DNA of 64,000 bases from an uncultured Phycisphaerales bacterium (GCA_963772725.1 CAVYYI010000001.1:256001-320000); one strand, 5' to 3'. Positions 18,824-31,576 are shown, counted from the first letter of the stretch. Numbers and translations are program-made. The notes: a model not told the origin generated them from the sequence alone.

Positions 18824-20155
18824 ATGAAAAAAAGAATAATGTTTACGATGTTGGTGTTATTCGGCCTGATTGCGACAGCAATTGCCGCTGATGATCTAAA
18901 AAAAGATTTGGCCTTGCCTCCACAGGCAAATGAATCTGCCCCCGCACAATCTATCATTTTTAACAGTCCGACAGGAAATAAGGTAGAATATCCAGACTAT
19001 GGTAAGGCTGTTCCTCAATACCCTAAATCTACCTATATCGTTGATGTAAAATTCGATAAGCACCGCTACCATCACGCTGAAGGAGACACTTGGCCGCTGA
19101 CTTGGTCAAATGATGATAACATTTATGCTGCCGCTGGAGACAACAAGAACAGTCCTATGAACTTCTGGCGGGTTAAAGTTTCCCCAAAAATCAGACCGGA
19201 TTCAATTGTATATGCCGGGAGCTGGACTATCGACCTGATAGACAATATGCCTGTGGATCGCAACATCTATTGCGACATCCAGGCTGGTTCCAATCGTAGG
19301 TTAAGCGTTAAACCAGCAGGGCTGCTGGATGTTAATGGAACGATTTATTTTGCAGTTGAGGCGCAAAACTACGGGACTGACTTGGTATTCAAGCGTCAGA
19401 CTAACATCCATGGCTGGATTATAACAACCACGGATTACGGCAAGACATGGGACCATAACGCAACGCCAGTTCATTTCTTTACCGGTCGTCTCGCTTCCTG
19501 CCATTTCCTGCAGTTCGGTAAAGGCTATGAGGGTGCCCGCGATAAATATGTATACGCATATTTTTCAGCGGCCGATGATGGCAAGGCTTACTGGGAAAAT
19601 GGTGACTACCTGCTTCTCGGACGTGTCCATAAGGACAAGATACTTGTCCGTCAAGCCTGGGAGTTTTATACAAGACTGGATAAGGATAATCAGCCGGTCT
19701 GGAGCGGGGATGATAAATTGGCTGTTCCTATTTTTCGCTACAACAAGATGACCGGTGAAGACTACATTTCTTATAACAAGGATATCAAGCGATATCTTTT
19801 AGGCAACTACGGTTTTGTAGATGATGAACTGCACCCGCGTCCAAATCATCAAGGCAAGTGGCCGGAGTGTGCGTACCGAAGTCAACTGACTTTGTATGAG
19901 GCACCCGAGCCATGGGGACCGTGGTCTCTGTTTTATCGGGATGATAACTGGGGAACTTACGGGGACTATAACCCGTCTTTTCCCACCAAATTGATGTTTG
20001 AAAATGGGCGTCTGATGTTTATGGTCTCTTCCGGGTCATGGGACGACTATAACTTTGTGGTGCAGAGATTAGCTATCCGGCTCAAGGAAGACGCGGATTT
20101 TCCCACTGCAGCCAAAACGTTCGATTATGTATTCAGGACAAAGCGAAATAATTGA
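18824..20155 (+). CDS. Secreted DUF4185-like beta-propeller protein (putative glycosidase)
   Basis: Signal peptide; GDTWPLTWSNDDNIY, Asp-box TTDYGKTW, FLQFGKGYEGARDKYVY, YEAPEPWGPW. Confidence 0.65.
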   Translation: MKKRIMFTMLVLFGLIATAIAADDLKKDLALPPQANESAPAQSIIFNSPTGNKVEYPDYGKAVPQYPKSTYIVDVKFDKHRYHHAEGDTWPLTWSNDDNIYAAAGDNKNSPMNFWRVKVSPKIRPDSIVYAGSWTIDLIDNMPVDRNIYCDIQAGSNRRLSVKPAGLLDVNGTIYFAVEAQNYGTDLVFKRQTNIHGWIITTTDYGKTWDHNATPVHFFTGRLASCHFLQFGKGYEGARDKYVYAYFSAADDGKAYWENGDYLLLGRVHKDKILVRQAWEFYTRLDKDNQPVWSGDDKLAVPIFRYNKMTGEDYISYNKDIKRYLLGNYGFVDDELHPRPNHQGKWPECAYRSQLTLYEAPEPWGPWSLFYRDDNWGTYGDYNPSFPTKLMFENGRLMFMVSSGSWDDYNFVVQRLAIRLKEDADFPTAAKTFDYVFRTKRNN

Positions 20156-20214
20156 TTATGTGAAGCTTTTCATAAGTAGCATTATAATAATCGTTAAATA
20201 CAGGAGATAAAGTC

Positions 20215-23200
20215 ATGTCTATGTTGATGAAAAGAATTGTGATTACAGCATTTTTTTGTTCTTTTGTTCATGCGGGTTTATCGGCAAATTCAATAAAATC
20301 TCTTGAATCTGATTTTAAACAGCCGCCAAATTCGGCAAAACCGCAAACATGGTGGCATTGGATCAATGGCAATATTGCAAAAGAGGGAATCACAGCCGAC
20401 CTCGAAGCTATGAAACAAGTTGGTTTGGGCGGAGCGCAAATCTTCAATGTCAAGTGCTACATTCCAGGCGGGCCGGTCACGTTTATGAGCGACTCATGGC
20501 GTGAAATGTTCAAGCATACAGCCGCCGAGTGTCAGCGCCTGTGTCTGGACCTTTCTATCCACAACTGCGATGGCTGGTCGGAATCAGGTGGCCCCTGGGT
20601 TACTCCCGAGCAGTCGATGCAGCGGGTCGTATCGAGTGAAATCCATGTTACCGGACCTCAGAAATTCGCCAAGGCTTTGCCGCAGCCGGAGAGTGTCAGG
20701 GACTTTTACCGCGATATTGCGGTGCTGGCTTTTCCTACTCCCGATGGCGAGCAGACTTCGATAACCAAACTCTCGCCTAAGGTCATGCTGAGTACTCAGG
20801 TTCCGACCGCTCGCAAAAATCCAGGCTGGTTTTCTTTGGTTCCGCCCACGAGTCAGAAGCCAGCGTATGTACAATGGGAGTTTGCCGAACCGTTTACGTG
20901 CCGCGCACTGTCCATGCAGTTTGACCTTGCAACAGGCCCAAGCGAGGGCGTATTACAAGTAAGTGATGACGGGAAGGATTTCCGCGATATCTGCCTATTG
21001 CCACAGGATGGCACCTCGCGAGTCTTGGTGACTGTGGCATTTCAGCAGGCAACAGGACGTTACTATCGAATTCTGGTTACCTCCGTCCGCGGCAGTACTT
21101 TGACGTTTAGCGCCAATTTGCTTGCTGCCGCCTGTCCTGACCGGTGGGAGTTGAAAGCCGGAAGCAAGGCAATGCCTGCCTGTAATAATTGGTCATCCTT
21201 CAGTGTTCCCGCAGAAGCCGCTGTACACAGAGATAAGCTCATTGACATTACTTCAAAGCTTGCTTCTGATGGCAGGCTGGAGTGGGAAGTCCCCGAAGGC
21301 AACTGGACGATCCTGCGCATTGGACATACTTCCACCGGCAAGGTGAACGCGCAGGCGACAGCGGCAGGGGCCGGGCTTGAAGTTGACAAGATCGACCCAA
21401 AGGCTGTTGAGACGCACTTTAACGCTATGCTGGGTAAGCTTATCACAGATGTCGGGCCGCTTGCGGGCAAGGCTTTTAGATATGCGCATATCGATAGCTG
21501 GGAGGCACAGTCACAGAACTGGACGCCGGCGTTCCGAACTGAATTCATCAAGCGTCGCGGCTATGACCCGCTTTTTTATCTTCCTGCGATGACCGGGCGG
21601 GTAATAGAAAATGTGGAAGTGACTGAGCGATTTTTATGGGATTTGCGGCGAACAATCGGCGACCTCATAGCTGAAAACCACTTCAAGTTGATGCAGTCGC
21701 TAATCAATCGCCGCGGAATGCAGTTCCAGGCAGAGGCTATCGGCCCGAACCTCTCAACGATTGCTGACGCTATGCAGTGCAAGATTCATACCGATATTCC
21801 AATGGCGGAATTTTGGACTGGTCGTGAGATACGTATCGATTGCAAAGAAGCGGCCAGTTCAGCACATTTGCATGGCAAATCTATTGTGGCAGCTGAGGCG
21901 TTTACCGCCGTGAGGGGCGATTGGACAGAATATCCGTATAGTCTTAAGGCGGAGGGCGACCGCACCTTCTGCCACGGCATCAATCGGTTCGTCTTTCATC
22001 GTTATGCCCATCAGCCATGGGCGGATGGCCCAAAACCGGGTATGACTATGGGGCAATACGGTATCAATCTCAACCGGACAAATACCTGGTGGAATCAGAG
22101 TCCAGCGTGGCTAACCTACCTCGCAAGATGTCAATACCTGTTGCAGCAGGGACTGTTCGTGGGCGACGTAGTCTATTATTATGGCGAGCAGGTTCCCAAC
22201 ATGCTCCTTGCCCGCAGCACCCTTAAGCCGGTATTGCCCGCAGGTTACGACTATGACGGCTGCTGCCGCGATGAATTGCTGAGTATGTCCGTGCGGGATG
22301 GGCGAGTGGTGCTGCCCAGTGGGATGAGCTATCGGCTATTGATGCTGCCGGATATGCCAAAGATGACACCGCAGGTCGCGGCGAAGGTGAAGGAACTTGT
22401 CTTAGCCGGAGCAACCGTAATTGGTCCCAGGCCGGATAGTTCACCAAGCCTTGAGAATTATCCCGCCTGCGACGAGGAGATTCGCAATCTTGCCAAAGAT
22501 GTTTGGAAGGATTGCGACGGACAAAAGGTTACCGACACTCGCTGGGTAAGGGCAAGGTAATCTGGGGTCAAAGCATGGAGCAGGTACTCTCAGGGCTGAA
22601 ATTGCCGCAGGACTTCGCTTACACAGCAGCTCGCGATTCTGAGGTCTTGTATTTGCACCGTCGGACGGAAGACGCAGACATATATTTTGTAGCCAACCAG
22701 AAGGACCGCTTTGAGCAGGTGGAATGCACATTCCGCGTCAGCGGCAAGTTGCCTGAGATTTGGGATGCGGCGACCGGACAAACCCGGCCAGCGGCTACCT
22801 TTAAGCAGGAGAAAGGATGTACAAACGTGCCGCTTGAATTAGAACCGAGTGGTTCGTTCTTTATTATCTTTAGAAAACCAACAAATATAACGCAGTCCAG
22901 CGGTCGCAATTTCCATGAATTTAAGTTGGCGCAGGAAATCAGCAAACCATGGACAGTGAAGTTCGACCCTAAGTGGGGAGGACCGGAATCAATCGTATTC
23001 GACTCTCTTGCTGATTGGGCCAAGCGTCCTGAAGAGGGCATCAAATATTATTCCGGCACAGCGGAATATGTAAAAGAAATTGAAATACCGGCTGAATTAC
23101 TTGGTCAGGGCAAGGCTTTGTATCTGGACCTTGGGAAAGTGAAGAATTTAGCCGAAGTGATTGTAAATGACAAGAGTCTGGGAGTATTGTGGAAGCCGCC

Positions 23201-23516
23201 GTTCCGCGTTGAAATTACCAATACGGCGCATATAGGTCTCAACAAACTGGGAATTCGCGTAACGAACCTCTGGCCCAACCGGTTAATTGGAGATGAACAG
23301 TTTGAAGATGATTGTGAATGGAATACCGGCGGCCAAAATGGCTCAGCCTTAAAGCAGTGGCCAATATGGCTTGTAGAAAATAAGCAGCGGCCAAGTAAAA
23401 GGTATACATTTACCACGTGGAAGTACTATAATAAGAACTCTCCTCTGCTGGAGTCTGGTCTATTGGGTCCGGTTACATTACAAACGGCCGAAAAAATTTT
23501 GGTTTCATTGCCATAA
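20215..23516 (+). CDS. GH106 alpha-L-rhamnosidase-like, copy 1 (frameshift at ~22545)
   Basis: WWHWINGNI, GWSESGGPWV, GLEVDK, HIDSWE, AAEAFT, YYSGTA, VTNLWPNRLIGD, SGLLGPV. ORFs 20215-22560 and 22503-23516 join by restoring one base at ACCGA[A]CACTCG. Confidence 0.85.
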
Positions 23517-23540
23517 ACATAAAAAGGAAAGAATCAAGTT

Positions 23541-26500
23541 ATGAAAAAAAGAGTAATATTTACGATGTTGATGTTATGCGGCCTGAGTACGGCAGTAATT
23601 GCCGCTGATGCCGTAAAAAATAATGTTGTCACACAACAGCAGGTCAAAGGAACTAATTTTAGTCCTATTGCCAGCGGCTCTCTGGCGGCAATCAATACCA
23701 GCAACGGCGATGTTGGATTCCTCGCGGAATATTTCGCTGGTTCCGACTTCAAAGGTTCACCGGTAAACAGCCGGTTTGAAGGCATGGTCGGCGTTGACAT
23801 GATAGGTAAAGAAGCGGTTTCAGGAACCGGCTCAAATGGTTATTCCGTTCGTTGGACTGCTTCTGTAACACCATCACGTTCAGGCCGATATCCAATTGCA
23901 TTCGCTCAAGTGGTGCAGCACGACTGCTGATAGATGGGAAAATACTCATCGAGCGGACTGCCGCTGATACAGATTTCACTAAGCGTTCAACCGCATCAGT
24001 TAATATGGAGGCTACTAAACCTTATGAGCTGGTGGTCGAATTCCATAACCCGACCGGCAAGGCACGTATCGCGGCAGAGTGGGCACCGCCAACACCACTG
24101 GCACGTGCTGACCAGACTATGCCTGCTGCCGTAATCCCAGAAATATCAGCCGGTCCCAAACCAGGAACAAAAATAGGTGATGAAACCGTCCTGCAAAATC
24201 AGACCTATCGCATCGAATCCAAGGCAGATGGCACGCTGGTACTTATTGACAAGGCAACCGGCGCTTCGGCATCATTTAGTCCGACATTTGCCGTCGTGTA
24301 TCAACCCAAAGGAAATGAAACCAAAATGGATCCCAAGGGCGGACACTATCAGGATGACGGCCCGGTCGGCAACACAAATTACTTAGTTCCCTCATGGAAC
24401 AAGGAGACTGATTATCTTGTCGCCGCACACCCTCGCACTAAGCTGCACGCATCCTCACTAACAGTAAGAGACGACAAAATTCAATGGATTTTCCCTGCCC
24501 AGTCTGCCTACATACTTACCGCTGATGTTGCTCTCCCGCAAGGTATCGGGGAACCCATAGTAACATTACATCTAAAGTCCTTGACAGCGGGGCAATATTC
24601 GATTGGTTATGTCGGTGCACCGCAGGTCTCACAGGAGCAGGCACAGTGGATATGGCAGCCGCTAATTTGGCAGGACAAACGGTTTCCAAACCGTTCTTAT
24701 CTGACGAAGGAATTTGAGTGCCCAATACCATTTGTTATGGTTGGCTCAGACGGAAATTCTGTCGGTGTTGGCGCAGATCCGCTGGAAATGCCTTATCGTA
24801 TGCCCACAAACAGCGACTCTCGCTTCGGGGTTTTGGTTCGCAACGCAGAGGGAAATATGCAGCCGATGTTGTTCGCACCAGTTCTGGGCGGCCCCGAGTC
24901 CGATATGACCCCTGGTAAAACATACAACTTTTCGCTGCGGCTATTTGTGCGCAAAGGCCGCTGGTATGATAGCTACAAATATCTGGCCTGTAACCTGTAC
25001 AGTTTCAGTGACATCCGGGAAAACGGACTCTGCTCGCTTAATACGACCATCGACAATATGATGGATTACCTGCTGACAGACAAGTACAGCTACTGGTATC
25101 CGCAATTCAAGACCTGGGGATACCAGAATGACGCTGGCCCCGGAGCCGGCCGTCAACAGTCAGCGGCGGATGCGATATCTTTGTCGCTGGTTTGTGACAA
25201 TGCTCAGTTTTACAAACTCCGCTCTCTGCCGACTCTGGAATACATGCTCTCACGCAAGAGTGCATCGACGAAAATGACTAAACCGGACTTCATGGGCGGC
25301 TTTACGAACGCTGGAGCGGATTTGGTGGCCTCATACCGCCTGACCGGGGGACGAAACGCCGTTATTAAAGAATTACTTGAAAGCAGAAGCGGTGTCACAA
25401 ACTTTAGCGGCAAGAGGTTAAAATACGGCGGCCATAACTCAATAGCTGTTACCAAGACACAGATGGCTACAAACCTGAATAATTACCGCCTAACAGGAAA
25501 AACTGATTATCTAAATGCCGCCTGTGAAGCGGCTGACCGATACATTGAAGCCCGGATTAACAAACCGGTGGAGAATTTTAAAGATGTCGGCAGTTCATTC
25601 TGGACTGAGATCAGCCCGCTTATGACATATTATATGAGTTATACCAGGATACCGGGCAGAAAAAATATCTCGATGCCTCCGCAGCCGCTATGCGCCAGTA
25701 CACCGGCTATATCTACATGGTGCCGGTCATACCGCAGGGAAACTTTGTGGCTAATCCGGGCGGTATTTACAACGGCCAGCCTGTGCCGGAAGAGACAGTG
25801 CCGGCATGGCGCGTCTCAGCCAACGGTCTGGCAGCAGAGTGTGCCGGAACGGCGCACAGTCATCGCGGTGTATTCATGGCAAGTTACGCTGGTTATATGG
25901 CCCGGCTGGCTCGTGATACAAATGAAACCTTCTTCCTCGATATTGCCCGCAACGCAATTGTCGGCCGTTACGCCAACTATCCAAGTTATGCATATCGTAA
26001 CGGCTATACCACTGTTTATGAAAAGCCCGCCTACCCGCTGAGGGCATTCGAGGAAATTAAAAAGTTTACCTCCGCACACTACAATCATCCGCTGCCGATG
26101 ACTGCCTTTCTGATAGACTACCTCGTGTCAGAAACTTACTATCGCTCGGCTGGACAGATTAATTTCCCTTCGGAATACACTAACACAGGTGCATACTTTC
26201 ATAACAAGGTCTATGGCAATCGTTCGGGACAGTTCTATGATGAAAAGGGTGTGAACCTTTGGCTTCCCAAGGGGCTATTGAAAACCGACTCTATACAGGT
26301 CAACTATTTGGCCGCTTACGGTAACAATAAACTATACCTCGCATTGGGAAACCAGTCGAAGCAGCGCGTAACAACAAAAATAACAATGAATCCGGCCAAA
26401 GTAAAGCTCTCCGGAAACCATCAATGTAAGGTTTGGATTGATAATAAACCTTCGGCAGACATTACTATGACAGACGGCAGCGCAGTGGTAACTATATCAC

Positions 26501-26895
26501 CCAAAGGTCTTACGTGTTTAGCCGTAGATGATGCAGAGGTGATAACAGAAGTAAGTCAGGCTATGCTCGATAAAGCATCCGCCACCTTACCGGTCGACAG
26601 TTTTAAGACTATCTCCACACCATTCGACAGTGTAACAGCGACAGCCTTGCGTTTTGGTAAAGGTTTGACTACTATTCACGTTTGGCTAAAGGCTGGTCCT
26701 GATAAGGTCAAAAAGACAAAGTTAATATATACGATTGAAGGTAAATCTCAGGAGGCAGTATGCACCGAGTTTCCGTATGAGTTCACCGTCCCTGTTCTTG
26801 ATTCAGCCAAAACTTTTAGCTGCATAGTTGAAGCGGAGACTCCGAGCGGCACTGCAATTAAATCGGAGCAGTTAGTGCTGAATTTAGCGGAGTAA
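23541..26895 (+). CDS. Secreted 'family X' protein, copy 2, with N-terminal PA14-like domain (frameshifts at ~23897 and ~25617)
   Basis: Signal peptide; PA14-like AEYF...YSVRW...GAARLLIDGK...VEF; then family-X motifs WQPLIWQDKRFP, FAPVLGG, PEETVPAWRVS, GRYANYP, HYNH, YGNRSGQFYD. Three ORF pieces join with +1 base each. Confidence 0.8.
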
Positions 26896-26931
26896 AAAAT
26901 TTACTTCAATAGTTAAAAGAAGGGAAAAATT

Positions 26932-28590
26932 GTGGCAAAACAAATTACGGTGATGTTGGTATTTTTGAGCCTTGCATCGGCAGCTTTGTCTGTGGATGTT
27001 GATAAGACTTTTACCCGGTTGGATGCGCTCTGTGTCGAACAGACTGGTACAGTGCCGGATGGAGCTGCGCAAACAGGTGTGGTTGTTCTGGCCAATGAGC
27101 CTAACAGCAATGCGAGTATTTCTATGGATTTCGACCTTGGGTCAGTGTCGTATGCTGTAACACCGCTTGCGCAGCGACTTACGGATATGGCGAAATTGGA
27201 AGTGAAACGCGAAGGGCAGAAGCCTGGCGGGGAACGTGGCGCTCTGCACGTATATGCAAAACTTACTAACAGTAAGACAGTGGAACTTGTAGGCAGCCTG
27301 CCGGTGAGTCCCGCAGGAATCCCCTATTCTTACGCCATTGATGTGACGCGCGTTGTGAATGACGTGCTGGTGCGTCCAGCCGGACAGCGGAAGCTGCGAC
27401 TGGAAGTGCGGATGGAGGGCAAGCCGTGCTTTTATGAAGTCTATGGCCTGCCCGTCGGCGCAGGTAAAACACCGGTAACCCTCGAATTGGCTTCGCCCGC
27501 AAACTGGACACAGGATTCGGCGCAGAGAGTTGCACCGGTTACAAGCGGCCAGGTGGTTTATCGCGAAGCCTGCATGCCCATCACCACAAACCGCAAGGCG
27601 GATATGACGCTCCCATTGATGTATCCTGCCCGAAAAATTATTGAAGTGATTCACGATGGGACAGGAGAAAAATTGCAGGAAGGACGTGATTGGGTACTTC
27701 GCGATGGCAAACTGGTTCTGCCGTCGGGGTCACACGTTCCAATCCAACTGGATGTGGAGTTTTTTGCTCGGCAAGTCAAGCCTGACGCGAACGGAGTCGC
27801 GAAGCCGTCCTCTGTGTCTGCGACTTCAAAGCCTCCGGCCTTATTAAGCTACCGCCTGGAAGAAGGCACATGGTATCACGACCGGCAGATTGAGGTAACC
27901 TATGAGCTGGCAAAACGCGACTGGTCATTCCCGCCGCCGCGGTCATCACTCGATAATCTCCCACGGCTTAAGAAGCTTCTGACCGCAAAAGCACCCGTTC
28001 GCATTGTCCTGTTTGGCGACAGCATCTCTCTCGGAGGCAACGCCTCAAAATTCCAGGGGTGCTGGCCGTATCAGCCGATTTTCGGCGAACTGGTGGCTTG
28101 GGAGCTGGAACAATACTATGGAAGCAAAATCACATTTATGAACCATTCACGCGGCGGTGCGGGTGCTGCTTTTGGCGCTAGCCAGGCAGAAAGCCAGGTG
28201 GGTTGGTTCAAGCCTGACCTCGCCATCATTGGTTACGGTATGAACGACCGCGGGGAAAAACGACGGGGAACCTACAGGGAAAGTCTCGAAAAGATTATTG
28301 ATGCCATCCGCCGGCAATCACCGGAGACAGAAATCATCATCGTCACCTCGATGCTGAATAATCCCAAACAGCCCAGCGGTCTGGAACCGGTACTATTCCT
28401 ACGTGACGAAGCTTTAAAAATCTCCCGTCCGGGCCTGGCCTTTGTGGATATGACCAGCACGCATCTGGAACTAATCAAGCACAAGAACTACCTGGATACC
28501 TCCGGCAATGGCGCCAACCATCCCAATGATTTCCTGCATCGTATCTACGCGCAGCGTCTGTTGGAGGTATTAATCCCGGAGAAAAAGTAA
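26932..28590 (+). CDS. Secreted SGNH/GDSL-family esterase, copy 2
   Basis: GTG start; collinear paralog of 17137-18786; FGDSIS, YGMND, GANHPND. Confidence 0.85.
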   Translation: MAKQITVMLVFLSLASAALSVDVDKTFTRLDALCVEQTGTVPDGAAQTGVVVLANEPNSNASISMDFDLGSVSYAVTPLAQRLTDMAKLEVKREGQKPGGERGALHVYAKLTNSKTVELVGSLPVSPAGIPYSYAIDVTRVVNDVLVRPAGQRKLRLEVRMEGKPCFYEVYGLPVGAGKTPVTLELASPANWTQDSAQRVAPVTSGQVVYREACMPITTNRKADMTLPLMYPARKIIEVIHDGTGEKLQEGRDWVLRDGKLVLPSGSHVPIQLDVEFFARQVKPDANGVAKPSSVSATSKPPALLSYRLEEGTWYHDRQIEVTYELAKRDWSFPPPRSSLDNLPRLKKLLTAKAPVRIVLFGDSISLGGNASKFQGCWPYQPIFGELVAWELEQYYGSKITFMNHSRGGAGAAFGASQAESQVGWFKPDLAIIGYGMNDRGEKRRGTYRESLEKIIDAIRRQSPETEIIIVTSMLNNPKQPSGLEPVLFLRDEALKISRPGLAFVDMTSTHLELIKHKNYLDTSGNGANHPNDFLHRIYAQRLLEVLIPEKK

Positions 28591-28639
28591 AAATAGATTA
28601 AATCAATAACCGGAAATATATATTTAGGAGAAAAAAATT

Positions 28640-31576
28640 ATGTGTAAGTCAATGTGGATAGTAATGGTTGCAGTGGTCTTTTGTGTTTTTGTACCTATAG
28701 TCTGGTCAGCTAATTCAGATTTATCATCTCTTGAATCTGGTTTTGAGCAGCCGCCTCAACCCGCTCATCCTTTAGTGTGGTGGCACTGGATAAACGGCAA
28801 TGTAACAAAACAGGGCATAACAGATGATTTAACCGATATGAAGCGGGTCGGGATAGGCGGTGTTCAGATGCTCGATGTGAGCATCTATCTTCCGAAAGGG
28901 CCGGTACGTTATGGAACGGATAACTGGTACGAGCATGTTCTGCATGCGATACAGACCTGTGACAAGCTGGGTCTGGAATTTTATATGATGAATTGCCCGG
29001 GCTGGTCGGCAAGCGGCGGACCATGGGTAACGCCCGAGATGTCGATGAAAAAAATAGTCTGGAGTGAAACGGACGTTAATGGTCCTGCTGATTTTAAGGG
29101 TCTTCTGAAACAGCCCGAGGCAAAACTTGACTTCTACAAAGATATAGCTGTTTTGGCAGTTCCAGCCAGTCAATACCGCTTGGAAAATTGGGAATCAAAA
29201 ATAAATATGTCCGGGCCTCCTTTGAGCCGACAGGTTTATCCTGATGCGCCTGATAAAAACGCGATACCAAAAGACAAGGTTCTCAATTTAACGCAGTTTA
29301 TGGATTCAAAAGGTGAACTTACCTGTAAGATACCGCAAGGGAACTGGACTATCATCCGGTTCGGTTATACTACAACGGGCTCTACCAATCATCCTGCCGT
29401 TCCGGAAGGGCATGGCCTGGAAATTGACAAGTTAGACCCCGATGCTGTGTCTTTTCAGTTCGACAAAGCCCTGGGCAGAATTATCCGGGAAGCCAAACCT
29501 TATCTCGGAAAAAGCTTTAAGGGTATTCTTTTCGATAGTTTTGAAGGGGGGTATCAAAACTGGACGGAAAAATTTCCGGCGATATTTAAGCAGTTTAACG
29601 ACTACGATATAATACCGTACCTGCCTGTTCTGACAGGTCGGGTTATAGAGTCACAGGCTATATCTGAATGCGTTCTTTGTGATTTTCGTCATACACTGAA
29701 TGAAGTACTTGCGAAGAATTATTTTGGAACGATGCAGAAACTGGCTCATCAGAACAATTTGCTTGTTTATGCAGAAGCGGAGGGCGGCCCCTTGCATACC
29801 CTATTCTGCAATGAATACACAGATGTACCGATGAACGAATTCTGGATTCATGCCACCATACAAAGAAAACCCGGAATTAAACAGGTTGTTTCCACTGCGG
29901 ATATGCTCGGCAAAAAAATCGTAGCGGCAGAATCTTTCACGGCAAAACCTGAGGACGGCAAATGGCAGAACACTCCCTATAGTCTGAAAAAGTTAGGTGA
30001 CGCCGCGTTCACGTTGGGAATCAATAGATTTGTTTTCCATACTTATGTTCACCAGCCATTCTCATATCCGCCCGGTTTTACACTCGGAAGATACGGCACA
30101 CACTTTGGCCGATTAAATACGTGGTGGAAATATGCGCCGGAATGGATAAGTTATTTATCCCGCAGTCAATATCTCCTGCAGCAGGGCAGATTGGTTACCG
30201 ATATATGTTTTCTTTTCCACGATGATATTTGCTATTCTTTTCCTGCGAAGATGATTGAAGTACCGGACGGATATGACCTTGATATATGCTATCCTAAATA
30301 TTTGGCTAAAATGGAATGCAAAGATGGCGTTCTTGTAAATCAATACGGCCAGCAATATCGCCTGCTGGTATTGCCGGATTATCCTTTTATGACCCTGCCG
30401 ACGCTTAAAAAAGTATATGAGCTCGCAAAATCAGGTATTGTTATTTCCGGGAAGCCGCCAGAGAGTATGCCAGGCTTAAAAGAGTATCAGGAATCCCAAA
30501 AGGAATTTAAGCAGTTGGTCTCAGAACTTTGGGATGGTCTGGACGGAAAAACAAAAACTTCTAAATCGTTCGGCAAAGGAAAGGTATATTGGGGGAAACC
30601 GCTGGTAGAGATTTTAAGGGAAAACGATGTTCAGCCGGACATTCAGTTCGCTCCAGCTGGGCGGCCCAATGATTTACTTTATATACATCGAAGAACCGGC
30701 AATGAAGATATTTATTTTATTTCAAATCAGAAAGACCAGGATGTTTCGACAGTTGCGCAATTTCGTATAAACAAGAAAGTTCCCGAATTCTGGGATTCTG
30801 CAACAGGTAAAATCCGGGAAGCGAAAGTATTTAATGCCGCAAACAACAGCATATCAGTCCCGTTGAAGTTAGACCCTTACGGTTCCATGTTTGTGGTATT
30901 CAGTAAACCGCTGCCCAAACAGTGGGTTGCGTCAACTGAAGCGATAAAGCCTATTGTTCAGGCACAACCTTTGACCTCAAAGGAAATAGAAGGGCCATGG
31001 AAGGTTAAATTTTTAGACGGCAGGGGCGCTCCTGCAGAAATAACTATGGATAAACTTATTTCGTGGCCGGAACATCCTGACGCCGGCGTGCGATATTATT
31101 CAGGCACTGCTGAATACGAAAAGACAATTTCATTGCCGGATAATTTTGTTAAGAATGACCAAGTATGCCTTTTAGACCTCGGAACAATTTATGATATTGC
31201 TGAGGTTGCGGTAAATGGTCAACAGGCGGAGATTTTGTGGAAAAAACCTTACAAGGCAGATATTACCAGATTTTTGAAGTCGGGAGATAATACAATATCG
31301 ATAAAAATTACCAACCGATGGATAAATCGTCTTATAGGTGACGAACAGATACCTGTTGATTATACATATCTCGGTGCTTCCGGCGGTAAATTTACTGCTG
31401 GCGCGTTAGAATCCTTGCCTGACTGGCTATATGACCCTTCAAAGGCCAAGAATCGTAAACGCTGCACGTTTACTACATGGAGGCACTATTCGGCCGATTC
31501 ACCTTTAGTTAAATCGGGATTAATCGGCCCGGTAAAATTATCTATATTCAACAAGGCAGAGTTATTTGCGAATTAG
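28640..31576 (+). CDS. GH106 alpha-L-rhamnosidase-like, copy 2
   Basis: WWHWINGNV, GWSASGGPWV, GLEIDK, FDSFE, AAESFT, YYSGTA, SGLIGPV. Confidence 0.88.
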   Translation: MCKSMWIVMVAVVFCVFVPIVWSANSDLSSLESGFEQPPQPAHPLVWWHWINGNVTKQGITDDLTDMKRVGIGGVQMLDVSIYLPKGPVRYGTDNWYEHVLHAIQTCDKLGLEFYMMNCPGWSASGGPWVTPEMSMKKIVWSETDVNGPADFKGLLKQPEAKLDFYKDIAVLAVPASQYRLENWESKINMSGPPLSRQVYPDAPDKNAIPKDKVLNLTQFMDSKGELTCKIPQGNWTIIRFGYTTTGSTNHPAVPEGHGLEIDKLDPDAVSFQFDKALGRIIREAKPYLGKSFKGILFDSFEGGYQNWTEKFPAIFKQFNDYDIIPYLPVLTGRVIESQAISECVLCDFRHTLNEVLAKNYFGTMQKLAHQNNLLVYAEAEGGPLHTLFCNEYTDVPMNEFWIHATIQRKPGIKQVVSTADMLGKKIVAAESFTAKPEDGKWQNTPYSLKKLGDAAFTLGINRFVFHTYVHQPFSYPPGFTLGRYGTHFGRLNTWWKYAPEWISYLSRSQYLLQQGRLVTDICFLFHDDICYSFPAKMIEVPDGYDLDICYPKYLAKMECKDGVLVNQYGQQYRLLVLPDYPFMTLPTLKKVYELAKSGIVISGKPPESMPGLKEYQESQKEFKQLVSELWDGLDGKTKTSKSFGKGKVYWGKPLVEILRENDVQPDIQFAPAGRPNDLLYIHRRTGNEDIYFISNQKDQDVSTVAQFRINKKVPEFWDSATGKIREAKVFNAANNSISVPLKLDPYGSMFVVFSKPLPKQWVASTEAIKPIVQAQPLTSKEIEGPWKVKFLDGRGAPAEITMDKLISWPEHPDAGVRYYSGTAEYEKTISLPDNFVKNDQVCLLDLGTIYDIAEVAVNGQQAEILWKKPYKADITRFLKSGDNTISIKITNRWINRLIGDEQIPVDYTYLGASGGKFTAGALESLPDWLYDPSKAKNRKRCTFTTWRHYSADSPLVKSGLIGPVKLSIFNKAELFAN

